Translations under genes and position numbers: made by a program
Notes under the pieces: generated by a model
What the model saw: only the letters and a program-made list of their open reading frames with translations
What the model was told of the DNA's origin: nothing
Database searches by the model: none
Shown: piece after piece, positions 39,582 through 50,292 of the stretch
Layout: each line of letters begins with the position of its first letter
Numbering within the stretch: the first letter of the stretch is position 1
Assembly: GCA_017478625.1 (NCBI GenBank)
Contig: JAFVDF010000003.1
Coordinates: 4,279 to 68,278 of the forward strand
Reading direction: 5' to 3'
DNA: 64,000 bases
Source: Alloprevotella sp.
GTDB taxonomy: Bacteria > Bacteroidota > Bacteroidia > Bacteroidales > Bacteroidaceae

Positions 39582-41948
39582 ATGCCGTTTCCTCGAAAGT
39601 ACGTTGTCTCAGTTTGTTTCATTCTGCTACTGACATTTTTACTAGCAGGGTGTAACACTACGAAGTTCCTGTCTGCCGACCAGATGATGCTTTCAAGTGT
39701 GAAGATGAATAGCACAGACAAGCAGGTGCGCACTTCCGACTACAGGACCTATGTACGTCAGGAGCCCAATGCCAAGTGGTTCAATCTTCTTAAGGTGCCG
39801 TTGGGGATTTACTCTCTTTCGCCTGCAGATACAACGCGCCGCAAGGGCCGTTTCTTTCGCCGGTTAGGCGAGGCTCCTGTTGTGTACGATGCCAATCTTA
39901 CAGAATATTCACGTCTCAATATAGAAAATGCGCTCAAGTTAAATGGCTATCTTCATGCGAATGTGCGTGTGGATACTGTAAGCCATAAAAAGCGTGTCAC
40001 GGCCCGTTATACGCTCTCGCCAGGGGCTCGGTATTATATATCGTCGGCTTCTTCCCACTTTGAAAATGATGATATCGAACAAATATATAGGGAGACGGCC
40101 CGACAGACGCTTATAAAAATAGGACTTCCCCTTAATGTCAGTCTGTTGGAAGAAGAGCGCAAACGAATAGTAAATCTGCTGCAAGACAGGGGCTATTTCT
40201 TTATCAACAAAGACTATGTGTCGTTTCAGATAGATACGGTTCGCAACGAGAGGGGAGCTACCGTTACTACGGTGGTGGCCCGGCCTACATCGGATATAGA
40301 CCCTTCTGTCTATCGCCCTTATCGCCTGCGCAATGTGACGCTTTATGAAAACGTGCAGGCCCAACTTTCCGATACAGCCGATATGGAAAAGGGGAGAGGA
40401 GTGCTTGCGCTGACATCGGGGCATAATACTTCATCAACCCACCCGGCTACGATGGGCTCAACGCATACGCGAAAGCGCATATATCTCAATCGCATCAGCC
40501 TGCGCCCCGATAGCTTGTTTTCGGAAAAAGCAGTGCGCAATACGTATTCACGCCTGAACGCGCTCCCCACGATTAACTCTACCACGATCCGCTTTAATAA
40601 AGTTGAAGATACCGATAGCGCACAACTTGATGCCACTATATCCCTCAATCAGCAGAAGTCACAGAGTGTGGGAATAGAACTGGAAGGGACCAACACTAAC
40701 GGAGATCTTGGCGCAGCCCTAGTATTGAGTTATACCAATCGAAACCTTTTCCGTGGTCAAGAGCAGTTTTCCTTGAAACTGCGAGGGGCTTACGAGGCCA
40801 TAAAAGGCTTGGAAGGTTATAATGCAGAAAACTTTTTTGAATATCGCATAGAGGCCGGCTTCCGTTTCCCAGCCTCCCATCCACCTTTCGTATTCAGGCA
40901 CCGATTTACGGACTATGCTTCGTTTGGCGACCTTAACTTTGTGTACGACTCGGAGGATAGGCCCGAATTCCATCGCCGTGTTCTGACGGCAAACCTGGCT
41001 TATCGCTGGACACAGAATCAGCATCCTGAATGGCAACATCGTTTTGATTTTCTCAGCCTTAACTATGTGTTTATGCCCTGGATATCGGAAACTTTCCGTA
41101 CAACATACTTGGACAATAACACCTCGCGTAATGCCATTCTTCGGGCCAGCTACGAAAATCTGCTCATTATGCGCTGGGCATATACCTTTATGATGGGTTC
41201 TAATAAGAAGGAGACGGTAGCGTCTTTGCTTGTTCCCAATCTTGGACAGCGTAAGGAATGGCTCTTCCGCATAAGCGCAGAGAGCGCCGGCAATCTGTTG
41301 CAGGGCTTTTCAAAGATAACAAAAGCTCATAAGGACGAGTCGGGACATTACAAAATCTTTAATGTGCCCTATTCGGAATATGTGAAGTTTGATTTCGATT
41401 ATGCGTTTTCATATTTCATCAATGAGCATAATTCGATAGCCAGTCATGTGGCATTCGGTTTGGCTATTCCCTACGGTAACAGCTCGGTGATACCTTACGA
41501 GAAGCGCTACTTCTCGGGCGGTGCTAATAGTGTGCGCGGTTGGAGCGTGCGCGAATTAGGACCGGGCTCCTATAAAGGTACAGACGGGCAGGTGGATTTC
41601 ATCAATCAGACAGGTAATCTGAAGCTGGACCTCAGTGTGGAGTGGCGCACACATCTGTTCTGGAAATTTGACGGAGCCATCTTTGCCGATGCCGGTAATA
41701 TATGGAACACCCGTAAATACGAGGGAATGGAGGAAGGACAATTCAAGCTGAATCGTTTCTACAAGCAAATTGCCGTGGGCTATGGGGCAGGAGTCCGTTT
41801 CAATGTCAATTATTTTGTTTTGCGCTTTGACTTAGGTATGAAAGCCATCAACCCGGCTTACACAACCCGGCGCGAGCATTATCCCATAATCCATCCTAAA
41901 CTTTCGCGCGACATGACTTTCCATTTTGCTGTCGGATTACCCTTTTAG
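39582..41948 (+). CDS. BamA/TamA (TamL-like) Omp85 family lipoprotein
   Basis: Lipobox LAGC, POTRA-like region, GGANSVRGW, FADAGNIW, terminal aromatic GLPF. Confidence 0.88.
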   Translation: MPFPRKYVVSVCFILLLTFLLAGCNTTKFLSADQMMLSSVKMNSTDKQVRTSDYRTYVRQEPNAKWFNLLKVPLGIYSLSPADTTRRKGRFFRRLGEAPVVYDANLTEYSRLNIENALKLNGYLHANVRVDTVSHKKRVTARYTLSPGARYYISSASSHFENDDIEQIYRETARQTLIKIGLPLNVSLLEEERKRIVNLLQDRGYFFINKDYVSFQIDTVRNERGATVTTVVARPTSDIDPSVYRPYRLRNVTLYENVQAQLSDTADMEKGRGVLALTSGHNTSSTHPATMGSTHTRKRIYLNRISLRPDSLFSEKAVRNTYSRLNALPTINSTTIRFNKVEDTDSAQLDATISLNQQKSQSVGIELEGTNTNGDLGAALVLSYTNRNLFRGQEQFSLKLRGAYEAIKGLEGYNAENFFEYRIEAGFRFPASHPPFVFRHRFTDYASFGDLNFVYDSEDRPEFHRRVLTANLAYRWTQNQHPEWQHRFDFLSLNYVFMPWISETFRTTYLDNNTSRNAILRASYENLLIMRWAYTFMMGSNKKETVASLLVPNLGQRKEWLFRISAESAGNLLQGFSKITKAHKDESGHYKIFNVPYSEYVKFDFDYAFSYFINEHNSIASHVAFGLAIPYGNSSVIPYEKRYFSGGANSVRGWSVRELGPGSYKGTDGQVDFINQTGNLKLDLSVEWRTHLFWKFDGAIFADAGNIWNTRKYEGMEEGQFKLNRFYKQIAVGYGAGVRFNVNYFVLRFDLGMKAINPAYTTRREHYPIIHPKLSRDMTFHFAVGLPF

Positions 41949-41963
41949 ATAAAGCAACACGAA

Positions 41964-42749
41964 ATGAAACTGATAAGTCTAGGCTCTGGCAGTAGTGGCA
42001 ATTTCTATTTCATAAGTCATGAAAATCATGCACTTATCATAGACTCAGGCGTGGCTATCCGCCAACTCAGCAGGAATATACGCTCGTTCAACTTGCCGAT
42101 GCATCAAGTGGAAGCTATACTCGTTACGCACGATCATTGGGACCACGTGCGCACTGTTGCGGTCTTGTCGAAGCAATACCGCATACCCGTCTATGCATCG
42201 CAGGAGGTTTTTAGGGGAATGAATACGAATCCGCGCTTAGTGCAGAAAGTCCCCGAAACATTGCGCCATCCTTTCAGTGTGGGCGACAGTCTTGAGATTG
42301 GCCCCTATAAGGTTGCAACGTTTGACGTGCCACATGACGCGAGCCGTAACAATGGCTATTATATCACAACTGCAGGAGCGTCGCTTTGTCTGATGACAGA
42401 TATCGGGCACATCACGGACGAACTGAGGACATATATCAGGCAATCAGAAAATCTGATTATTGAAGCCAACTATGATCTTGAGATGCTGGAGCGTGGGAGG
42501 TACCCACAATTTTTGAAGGATAGGATAAAAAGTGGAATAGGGCATCTGAGCAACACACAGACTGCGGCTGTACTCACGGAATGTCTGTCTGATTCTATCA
42601 AACAGGTATGGCTTTGTCATTTGAGTGAGGAAAACAATCGTCCCGAAAAGGCATTATCTACAGTCGGAGAGTCTCTTGCTTCAGCAGGACTTTCGCCCCA
42701 ATTGAGAGTTTTGCCGCGTAGAAATCCTTCTGGAATCTTTGAATTATAG
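41964..42749 (+). CDS. MBL-fold metallo-hydrolase (YycJ/WalJ-like)
   Basis: SGSSGN, THDHWDH, PHDA, GHLSN, HLSEENN. Confidence 0.88.
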   Translation: MKLISLGSGSSGNFYFISHENHALIIDSGVAIRQLSRNIRSFNLPMHQVEAILVTHDHWDHVRTVAVLSKQYRIPVYASQEVFRGMNTNPRLVQKVPETLRHPFSVGDSLEIGPYKVATFDVPHDASRNNGYYITTAGASLCLMTDIGHITDELRTYIRQSENLIIEANYDLEMLERGRYPQFLKDRIKSGIGHLSNTQTAAVLTECLSDSIKQVWLCHLSEENNRPEKALSTVGESLASAGLSPQLRVLPRRNPSGIFEL

Positions 42750-42788
42750 CAATATTGGGTTCAATTCGTAGAAAAATTGCACAGAAGA

Positions 42789-42818
42789 TTTGCATTATCA
42801 AATTTTGTTGTAATTTTG
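42789..42818 (+). promoter_or_regulatory. Promoter for tRNA-Cys/Pro
   Basis: TTTG-N18-TAATTTTG. Confidence 0.55.
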
Positions 42819-42833
42819 CACCGCTAAACAAAT

Positions 42834-42904
42834 GGTACCTTGACCGAGTGGTTAGGTAGCGGTCTGCAAAACCGTGTACAGCAGTTCGAATCTGCTAGGT
42901 ACCT
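42834..42904 (+). tRNA. tRNA-Cys(GCA)
   Basis: GGTACCT...CGGTCT-GCA-AAACCG...GTTCGAATC...AGGTACCT. Confidence 0.93.
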
Positions 42905-42964
42905 CAAATGCAAAGATGGCATCATTGCCGAGCGTTTTTTGCGAAAGTAAATTTTGAAGTCCTT

Positions 42965-43039
42965 CGGGGTGTAGCGCAGTCCGGTTAGCGCACCTGCTTT
43001 GGGAGCAGGGGGTCGAAGGTTCGAATCCTTTCACCCCGA
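42965..43039 (+). tRNA. tRNA-Pro(TGG)
   Basis: CGGGGTG...CCTGCTT-TGG-GAGCAGG...GTTCGAATC...CACCCCGA. Confidence 0.95.
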
Positions 43040-43041
43040 CG

Positions 43042-43086
43042 ACAAGAAGCACAACGATATAATAATTATCGTTGTGCTTCTTGTTT
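43042..43086 (+). terminator. Terminator after tRNA-Pro
   Basis: 18-bp perfect stem ACAAGAAGCACAACGATA / TATCGTTGTGCTTCTTGT. Confidence 0.75.
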
Positions 43087-43203
43087 AATCTTTAGGCTCG
43101 ACCCGTTGCATTTTAATATGGACTCACATCCCTGGTCCATTCGATTCTTCAATAATTGTGTCTGTTAGCGAGCCAGATTTTTCCACTTATTGCATTATCC
43201 CAC

Positions 43204-43241
43204 AAAAAAAGACGGTAATAGCCATGAATGCTATTACCGTC
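43204..43241 (-). terminator. ppdK intrinsic terminator
   Basis: GACGGTAATAGC...GCTATTACCGTC stem with T-tract on the minus strand. Confidence 0.8.
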
Positions 43242-43262
43242 CTGTTAAAGGATTGAATCTTC

Positions 43263-45989
43263 TTATGCGTTTTCAATAGCAGCCTGGGCGGCAGACAGAC
43301 GAGCTATGGGAACTCGGAACGGGGAGCAACTTACATAGTTCAGCCCCAGTTTGTCGCAGTACTTAACGCTACTTGGCTCACCTCCGTGTTCTCCGCAGAT
43401 ACCGCACTTTAGTGTCGGGCGAACAGCGCGTCCTTTTTCTACAGCCATTTGTATAAGCTGTCCAACACCACGTTGGTCTAGTACCTGGAACGGATCTACG
43501 GTCAAAATCTTCTTATTAAGATATGTGGGCAAGAAGTTGGCAATATCGTCGCGACTATAGCCGAAAGTCATCTGAGTAAGGTCGTTCGTACCAAAAGAGA
43601 AGTATTCGGCACTCCGAGCTATGCAGTCGGCCGTCAAAGCAGCGCGAGGAATTTCTATCATAGTACCCACTTTGAACGAAAGCTCGATGCCTTCTTCTGC
43701 AAATACCTTGGCTGCTTCTTCGCGTATTACTTTTTCCTGTGCCTCAAACTCAAAGACGTTGCCAGTAAGCGGAACCATAATTTCGGGCTTGGGATCCAGG
43801 CCTTGCTTCTTCAATTCGCAAGCTGCACTTATGATTGCGCGTGTCTGGGTCTGAGTAATTTCCGGATATGTATTTCCGAGACGACAACCGCGGTGACCTA
43901 ACATTGGATTGTGTTCAGAAAGGCTGTCAACGCGTTGTTTAATGAAGTCAACAGTTACTCCCATGTCCTTAGCCATCTCTTCTTGTCCTTTTTTATCTTG
44001 AGGAACGAACTCGTGGAGAGGAGGATCCAGCAGACGGATATTGACGGGATAACCGTTCATAGCCTTGAAAATACCAATAAAGTCGTTCTTCTGGAAGGGA
44101 AGTAGTTTGCTGAGCGCTTGTTTACGGCCCTCTTCGGTGTCGGAAAGTATCATTTCGCGCATAGCAACAATCTTCTCAGCCTCAAAGAACATGTGCTCGG
44201 TACGGCAGAGGCCGATACCCACAGCACCGAACTTGCGAGCTACGTCTGCATCGTGTGGAGTATCTGCATTGGTGCGTACTTGCAAACGAGCATATTTGTC
44301 ACATAGTTCCATAAGTTTGGCGAAATCACCAGAAAGTTCGGCCTCCTGAGTCTTTACTTCGCCATCGTAAACGTCGCCCGTAGAACCATTAATTGAAATA
44401 TAGTCGCCTTCGCGTAGAACTTTGCCGTTGATTTCAATTGTGCGTGCTTTGTAATCTACATTGACAGCACCTGCACCACTGACGCAGCATTTACCCATTC
44501 CGCGCGCTACTACAGCAGCATGACTTGTCATACCTCCGCGGGCAGTCAATATGCCTTCTGCGGCAGCCATACCTGCAAGATCTTCCGGGCTCGTTTCCAT
44601 TCGAACGAGGATAACCTTGTGTCCGTCTTTATTCCATTTATCTGCGTCTTCTGCAAAGAAAACAATTTGACCACAAGCGGCGCCTGGGCTGGCAGGAAGA
44701 CCACGTGTGAGAGAAACGGCTTTGGATACTTCGTTTTTATCGAATACTGGATGGAGAAGTTCGTCTAATTTCTGTGGCTCACAGCGTAATACGGCAGTTT
44801 TCTCGTCTATTTTACCTTCTGAAAGGAGATCCATAGCGATTTTTACCATTGCAGCGCCAGTTCTCTTACCATTACGAGTTTGCAGGAACCAGAGTTTGCC
44901 TTCTTGGACGGTGAACTCCATATCTTGCATATCGCGATAATGATTTTCAAGTTTCTGCTGAATAGAGTTGAGCTCGTTATAAATTTCCGGCATTACTTCT
45001 TCCATAGATGGGTATTTAGTAACGCGCTCCTCCTCACTGATGCCCTGAAGTTCTGCCCAACGTTGTGAGCCAATCTTAGTAATCTGTTGCGGTGTACGAA
45101 TACCAGCTACGACGTCTTCGCCTTGTGCATTAACCAGCCACTCTCCATTAAATAGATTTTCGCCTGTAGCTGCGTTACGGCTGAAGCATACGCCAGTGGC
45201 ACTGGTCTGACCCATATTACCGAATACCATTGCCATAACATTAACGGCTGTTCCCCATTCAGCAGGGATACCTTCCATCTTACGATAGAGTATGGCACGA
45301 TCATTCATCCAACTATCGAATACAGCACAAATAGCACCCCACAGTTGGTCAACAGGGTTGGTTGGGAATTCTTGCCCGGTCCGTGTGAGGATGGCTTCTT
45401 TGAACAAAACGACAAGACGTTTCAAATCTTCCACATCAAGTTCGTTGTCCAGTTTTACACCCTTTTCTGCTTTGACTTTCTCTATAATTTCTTCAAATGG
45501 ATCGATGTCTTCTTTGTTTACTGGTTTCAATGCCATTACAACATCGCCATACATCTGAACAAAACGGCGGTATGCATCGTAAGCAAAGCGTGGGTTGTTG
45601 GTTTTACGGGCTAATCCTTCTACAACTTCGTCGTTCAGACCCAGATTTAAGATGGTGTCCATCATTCCGGGCATAGAAGCGCGCGCACCAGAGCGTACAC
45701 TTACCAAAAGCGGGTTAGTTGCATCTCCGAAGGTCTGTCCTGTCAATTCCTCGATATGTTTCATTGAGCGATTTACGTCGTCGCGTAAAAGTTCAACTAC
45801 TTTGTCCTTCCCGATCTCATAGTATTCATTACAAACATCAGTAGTAATGGTAAATCCGGGAGGAACGGGTACACCGATTAGATTCATTTCTGCCAAATTA
45901 GCACCTTTTCCTCCGAGTTGATTACGCATGTCTGCACGACCTTCGGCCTGGCCGTTTCCAAACAGATAGACGCGTTTTGAATTTGTCAT
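43263..45989 (-). CDS. ppdK: Pyruvate, phosphate dikinase
   Basis: LGGKGANLAEM, SVRSGARASMPGMM, GGMTSHAAVVAR, GLCRTEHM, ICGEHGG. Confidence 0.97.
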   Translation of the reverse strand: MTNSKRVYLFGNGQAEGRADMRNQLGGKGANLAEMNLIGVPVPPGFTITTDVCNEYYEIGKDKVVELLRDDVNRSMKHIEELTGQTFGDATNPLLVSVRSGARASMPGMMDTILNLGLNDEVVEGLARKTNNPRFAYDAYRRFVQMYGDVVMALKPVNKEDIDPFEEIIEKVKAEKGVKLDNELDVEDLKRLVVLFKEAILTRTGQEFPTNPVDQLWGAICAVFDSWMNDRAILYRKMEGIPAEWGTAVNVMAMVFGNMGQTSATGVCFSRNAATGENLFNGEWLVNAQGEDVVAGIRTPQQITKIGSQRWAELQGISEEERVTKYPSMEEVMPEIYNELNSIQQKLENHYRDMQDMEFTVQEGKLWFLQTRNGKRTGAAMVKIAMDLLSEGKIDEKTAVLRCEPQKLDELLHPVFDKNEVSKAVSLTRGLPASPGAACGQIVFFAEDADKWNKDGHKVILVRMETSPEDLAGMAAAEGILTARGGMTSHAAVVARGMGKCCVSGAGAVNVDYKARTIEINGKVLREGDYISINGSTGDVYDGEVKTQEAELSGDFAKLMELCDKYARLQVRTNADTPHDADVARKFGAVGIGLCRTEHMFFEAEKIVAMREMILSDTEEGRKQALSKLLPFQKNDFIGIFKAMNGYPVNIRLLDPPLHEFVPQDKKGQEEMAKDMGVTVDFIKQRVDSLSEHNPMLGHRGCRLGNTYPEITQTQTRAIISAACELKKQGLDPKPEIMVPLTGNVFEFEAQEKVIREEAAKVFAEEGIELSFKVGTMIEIPRAALTADCIARSAEYFSFGTNDLTQMTFGYSRDDIANFLPTYLNKKILTVDPFQVLDQRGVGQLIQMAVEKGRAVRPTLKCGICGEHGGEPSSVKYCDKLGLNYVSCSPFRVPIARLSAAQAAIENA

Positions 45990-46288
45990 AAGTTAGCCTT
46001 ATAAAAGTTTATGAGTTAAATTGTTTTTATAGTCAAAAGAGTTCGTTCGATTTTAGTGTGCGCAAAATTAAATAATTTGTGCGAAATCAAAGGTATTCTA
46101 TTCAAAAATTAAATAATGGAATTTACTTGTTTTCTAATTTGAAGAAAAGATTACAGACAGAAGCGTGAAAATTGCATTATGGAATTGACATTTTGTAAAA
46201 TACGACGCAATAACTTGGGGGTGTAATGATAAAATCTTACCTTTGTATAAAACTTCAACCTTATACTCTTACAAAATCTTTATTTGTG

Positions 46289-46762
46289 ATGCAGAAAGAA
46301 TATTCGGTAAATTTTGTAGAATTATCTTTTGACGAATTGGCAGAAGCCGATGCTCAGTTGGTAGCACAAGCGCGTCAGGCTACAGATTCGAGTTATTCGC
46401 CGTTTTCACATTTTCGTGTCGGCGCGGCCATACTGATGGATAATGGGGAAATATTGACGGGTAGTAATCAGGAGAACGCATCGTTTACTACAGGTACCTG
46501 CGCTGAGCGTTGCACTATCTTTTACGCTAATGCTCGCTATCCGGGTGTCGGAGTAAAAGCCATAGCCATAGCAGCCAAGGATACAACAGGAGAATTTACA
46601 GATGAGCCCGTTTCACCCTGCGGTGCCTGTCGCCAGGTTCTTACAGAGGTGGAACATCGCTATCATCCTATGCGCACGTTGCTTTGTGGAAAAGACAGAG
46701 TCTATATATTTGACAGAGTGGGGGACTTGCTTCCGTTCCAATTTAATAGTGATTCATTATAA
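46289..46762 (+). CDS. cdd: Cytidine deaminase
   Basis: SYSPFSHFRVGAA, CAER, SPCGACRQ; TACCTTTG promoter at 46238-46245. Confidence 0.92.
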   Translation: MQKEYSVNFVELSFDELAEADAQLVAQARQATDSSYSPFSHFRVGAAILMDNGEILTGSNQENASFTTGTCAERCTIFYANARYPGVGVKAIAIAAKDTTGEFTDEPVSPCGACRQVLTEVEHRYHPMRTLLCGKDRVYIFDRVGDLLPFQFNSDSL

Positions 46763-46800
46763 TAAATAAGGAGAACTCAATTGGGTTCTCCTTATTTATT
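46761..46800. terminator. Bidirectional terminator
   Basis: AATAAATAAGGAGAAC...GTTCTCCTTATTTATT between convergent genes. Confidence 0.8.
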
Positions 46801-46825
46801 TGTTTGCAGGATAGGGATGCCTGCA

Positions 46826-47869
46826 TTATTTATTAGCACGGCTACCTAATACAATAGGAAAGTGGCGCTTTGTCAGTATGATTATCGGTATAAAGAGCCC
46901 GAGTATAGCTACTGAAAGGCTTAATTTTCCGATATTCTCAATTAGTGGATGCTCCAGATAATTGTGTAGTATTCTTATAGTAGGAACCAGAATATACAGA
47001 TGGTAGGCCAAGATGATTAGAGAGCCTGTTGAGATGAGATGACAGTATTTTCTGTGGAATCTATCCAGCAGATGCGCAGTCAGTATAATAGCACTGATTC
47101 CTGTAATGCTGCTACATAGGAATGCAAGGTAGTTATGCCCGTATTGCCCCTTGTAGAGGAATGCATTGCCGTTGCTATAGCTCAAGAGGTAAGTCAGAGC
47201 GAACATCAGCATAATGCCTACTAGCTTCGCCCCTAATGGGAGGGGTTTATATCTCGTTGTCCAGTTGGATATCAGCTTATGAAACTTCGGCTTGGCAGCA
47301 TAAAATCCGGCAATGAAATAAGGAAACGCAATAAGTGCATTCGTGTAGGCCCAAGCGATGTCATTGTGTGGCGAGTAATTATAAGCGAACATTCCGCCAA
47401 GTGCCAGTACGCCGACGTATAGAGGCCCGTATCTGAAACGTTGGGCGTAGAAGCATACGACTTTAATTACGATGAGCGTATAGACAAACCATAAATTGGA
47501 ACAGCCTATAATACGACCGGCGCTGTGAATACCGCCGAGAGTCATTAGGAGGGAGTAAAGGGATTCTGGAGAGGCTCTGTGCGTAATTATAAATATGGCG
47601 TTTAATGATAGCGAGAGGATGAGGTAGGGGACAATTAGGTTATGCCAAAGTTTGTGGAAGAAAACTTTTGGATTTGATTCCTCTTTCGTCAGATAGCCTG
47701 ATAAAAAGAAAAAGACAGGTACGTTAAACGCGTAGATGAAGGGGGATAAATAGGCAGGGAAGGTGTGTCCCCAGACAATACATAACATACCTAAAGTTTT
47801 TGCCCAATCTATCCAGTTTTTCCACGGATGTGTCTGATTGGGCACACATTCTAATGTTTGTTGCGACAT
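46826..47869 (-). CDS. Acyltransferase family 3 membrane protein (O-acyltransferase)
   Basis: WIDWAK..VWGH, PVFFFLSGY, LWFVYTL; about 10 TMs. Confidence 0.85.
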   Translation of the reverse strand: MSQQTLECVPNQTHPWKNWIDWAKTLGMLCIVWGHTFPAYLSPFIYAFNVPVFFFLSGYLTKEESNPKVFFHKLWHNLIVPYLILSLSLNAIFIITHRASPESLYSLLMTLGGIHSAGRIIGCSNLWFVYTLIVIKVVCFYAQRFRYGPLYVGVLALGGMFAYNYSPHNDIAWAYTNALIAFPYFIAGFYAAKPKFHKLISNWTTRYKPLPLGAKLVGIMLMFALTYLLSYSNGNAFLYKGQYGHNYLAFLCSSITGISAIILTAHLLDRFHRKYCHLISTGSLIILAYHLYILVPTIRILHNYLEHPLIENIGKLSLSVAILGLFIPIIILTKRHFPIVLGSRANK

Positions 47870-48197
47870 TTGTATAAAGCGTTGTACGCCTGCCGTCGCT
47901 CCTGTACCCTATAGACACGCAAAATCGTGGACATTTCTTGTCCGAACAATGCGGTCGTAGGATACCGAAACAGGCAGACAAGAACGGCCACGATACAAAG
48001 ACGTGGTCGTTCGCGTATCTGCTCTATTCCTGTTTTCTTGCTAATGAAATTTCCTACGTTTCATTGTTTCAGAGCAAATAGCAAACGCTATTATTATAAA
48101 GTGTTGCGCCACTGCGTAACGATGTAACTTTGCAAAAGTAGTATTTTATATGTTAATACATTTATGGTCTGTTTTACTTTTTTTATGTGGAAGCAAA

Positions 48198-48246
48198 ATA
48201 ACAACGCAATCTCTCATTCTTTATCCCCTGGAGATTGCGTTGTTAT
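48198..48246 (-). terminator. Hairpin downstream of nadE
   Basis: ATAACAACGCAATCTC / GAGATTGCGTTGTTAT 16-bp stem. Confidence 0.6.
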
Positions 48247-48296
48247 AAATGTGTAAAACAGAATAAACTCTGTTTTTAGTTGTAGTCAGATATAAT

Positions 48297-50267
48297 CTAT
48301 TCGTTTTGGAGTGCTGCGCATTCGTTCAGCCATAGCGTGGCACAAGCATCGCTTGGCATACGCCAATCGCCTCGTGGGCTGAGTGAACAGGGTAATACTT
48401 TAGGGCCGTCTGGCAGACAACTACGCTTAAACTGTTGTGTAAAGAAGCGGCGGAAAAATATTGTCAGCCAATGTAATATGGTTTCTTTAGAAAAGGCACT
48501 GACACGCGAGTCTGTTCCATCAAAGGCTCGCTGGGCAAGTTCGTATATTTTGCGGGGCCCAAAGCCATTTCGGAGCATGTGATAGAGGAAGAAGTCGTGA
48601 AGTTCGTAGGGGCCCACAAGGTCTTCGGTTTTTTGACTGATTTGTCCTTCGGCGTCGGCTGGAAGCAGTTCTGGACTCACAGGAGTAGCCAAGATGTCAA
48701 GCAGAGTACGGCGCACGGCCTCGTTTGCACTGTTCTCTATCACATTCTGAATGAGGTTTCGGATCAGTGTCTTAGGTATTCCAGCATTCACACCGTACAT
48801 AGACATGTGGTCACCATTGTAAGTGGCCCATCCGAGCGCCAATTCGCTCAGGTCGCCTGTGCCTACAACAAATCCGCCTATCTGGTTGGCCACATCCATA
48901 AGGATTTGCGTCCGTTCGCGCGCTTGTCCATTTTCAAAAGTGGTGTCCAGTTTTGACGTGTCATGGTCTATGTCCTTGAAATGTTGCTCGCAGGCGGCTG
49001 TTATGTCTATCTCTCTGCGGGTAATGCCCAGTTCTTTCATCAGAGTAACGGCATTATCGTGGGTGCGGGAGGTCGTGCCAAATCCGGGCATAGTGATACC
49101 GACGATTCCGCGCCTGTCAAGCCCCAACAGGTCGAAGGCCTTGACGGCTACAAGAAGGGCGAGAGTAGAGTCGAGCCCGCCACTGATACCTATTACTACA
49201 TTTTTTGTGTGCGTGTGGTCCAGACGCCTTGCCAAAGCAAAGCTCTGAATGGTCAGCACCTCGCTGCAGTCAGTCTGGAAGTTCTTGTCGGATGGCACAA
49301 AGGGGAGAGGATTGACACGGCGCGTTGTCTCAGTTCTGTTGTCCTTACCTTTGTCTGAAACGACTATGCGACGATAAGACGTATGCAGACGTTCTGATTG
49401 TCGGAGCAGGTCCTTGGCTGAGCCGAACGTCGTGTTGGTCAGGCGCTCGTTGCGAATGGCCTCTATATCTATGTCACCATAGATTATCTGCGGTTGTAGG
49501 GAGTAACGCGTGGCTTCAGCCAGCAATTCTCCCTTTTCGGCTATGAGACCAATCCCTCCAAATACCACATCTTGCGTACTTTCGCCGTAGCCTGAGCCGG
49601 AAAAGACATAGCCACCTATATTCTTGGCACTTTGCCCTAATACCAGTGAGCGCAGGTAAGCGTACTTTCCGATTACTTCATTACTGGCGCTGAGATTCAG
49701 AATAAGGTCAGCACCGTTAAGTGTATGAATGGCTCCGGGAGCAATAGTGGCCCACAAATCTTCACAGATCTCTATGCCAACAGTAAAGTGTGGCAGTTCG
49801 AAAAGTAGGTGTCCTCCGATGGGTACATTATAGCTGGAGATAGTTACAGTCTGGTCGTGGTGTAGCCGTGAAGCGGAACTAAACCAGCGAGCCTCGTAGA
49901 ATTCATTGTAATTAGGAAGGTAGGTCTTGGGAACGATGCCCAGAATCTTGCCTTTATGAAGCACTGCCGCGCAGTTGAGTACCATTCCGTCGAAATAGAG
50001 AGGCAGACCCACAACTGCTGTGATCGAACAGTCTTCCATCTTGGAAGCCAGTTCCAGCAACGACTTTTTGGCTTCTTGCAGGAGGGTCTCCTGCTGAAAG
50101 AGGTCTTGGCAGGTGTATCCCGTAATGCTCAGTTCGGGGAAAACGATGATGTCAGTTTGCGCTTCTTCTGCTTCTCCTATTTGCAGGGCTATTTGTTGCG
50201 TATTGTATTGACAATCGGCCACGCGGGTGCTTGGAATGGCCGCGGCTACCTTTATAAATCCTTCCAT
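48297..50267 (-). CDS. nadE: Glutamine-dependent NAD+ synthetase
   Basis: Nitrilase domain (FPEL, EICEDLW) plus synthetase SGGLDST and ENGQARER; start MEGFIKVAAA. Confidence 0.95.
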   Translation of the reverse strand: MEGFIKVAAAIPSTRVADCQYNTQQIALQIGEAEEAQTDIIVFPELSITGYTCQDLFQQETLLQEAKKSLLELASKMEDCSITAVVGLPLYFDGMVLNCAAVLHKGKILGIVPKTYLPNYNEFYEARWFSSASRLHHDQTVTISSYNVPIGGHLLFELPHFTVGIEICEDLWATIAPGAIHTLNGADLILNLSASNEVIGKYAYLRSLVLGQSAKNIGGYVFSGSGYGESTQDVVFGGIGLIAEKGELLAEATRYSLQPQIIYGDIDIEAIRNERLTNTTFGSAKDLLRQSERLHTSYRRIVVSDKGKDNRTETTRRVNPLPFVPSDKNFQTDCSEVLTIQSFALARRLDHTHTKNVVIGISGGLDSTLALLVAVKAFDLLGLDRRGIVGITMPGFGTTSRTHDNAVTLMKELGITRREIDITAACEQHFKDIDHDTSKLDTTFENGQARERTQILMDVANQIGGFVVGTGDLSELALGWATYNGDHMSMYGVNAGIPKTLIRNLIQNVIENSANEAVRRTLLDILATPVSPELLPADAEGQISQKTEDLVGPYELHDFFLYHMLRNGFGPRKIYELAQRAFDGTDSRVSAFSKETILHWLTIFFRRFFTQQFKRSCLPDGPKVLPCSLSPRGDWRMPSDACATLWLNECAALQNE

Positions 50268-50292
50268 TTCTGTATGTTTTTTTTCAGCAGGT

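Noticed and set aside
42852-43052. Short ORFs over tRNA genes (also 61217-61682)
   Set aside because: Fully explained by tRNA cloverleaves.
47870-48190. Intergenic hairpins upstream of the acyltransferase as a riboswitch/ncRNA
   Set aside because: Only one modest stem (GAACGGCCACG/CGTGGTCGTTC) and no recognisable riboswitch consensus.
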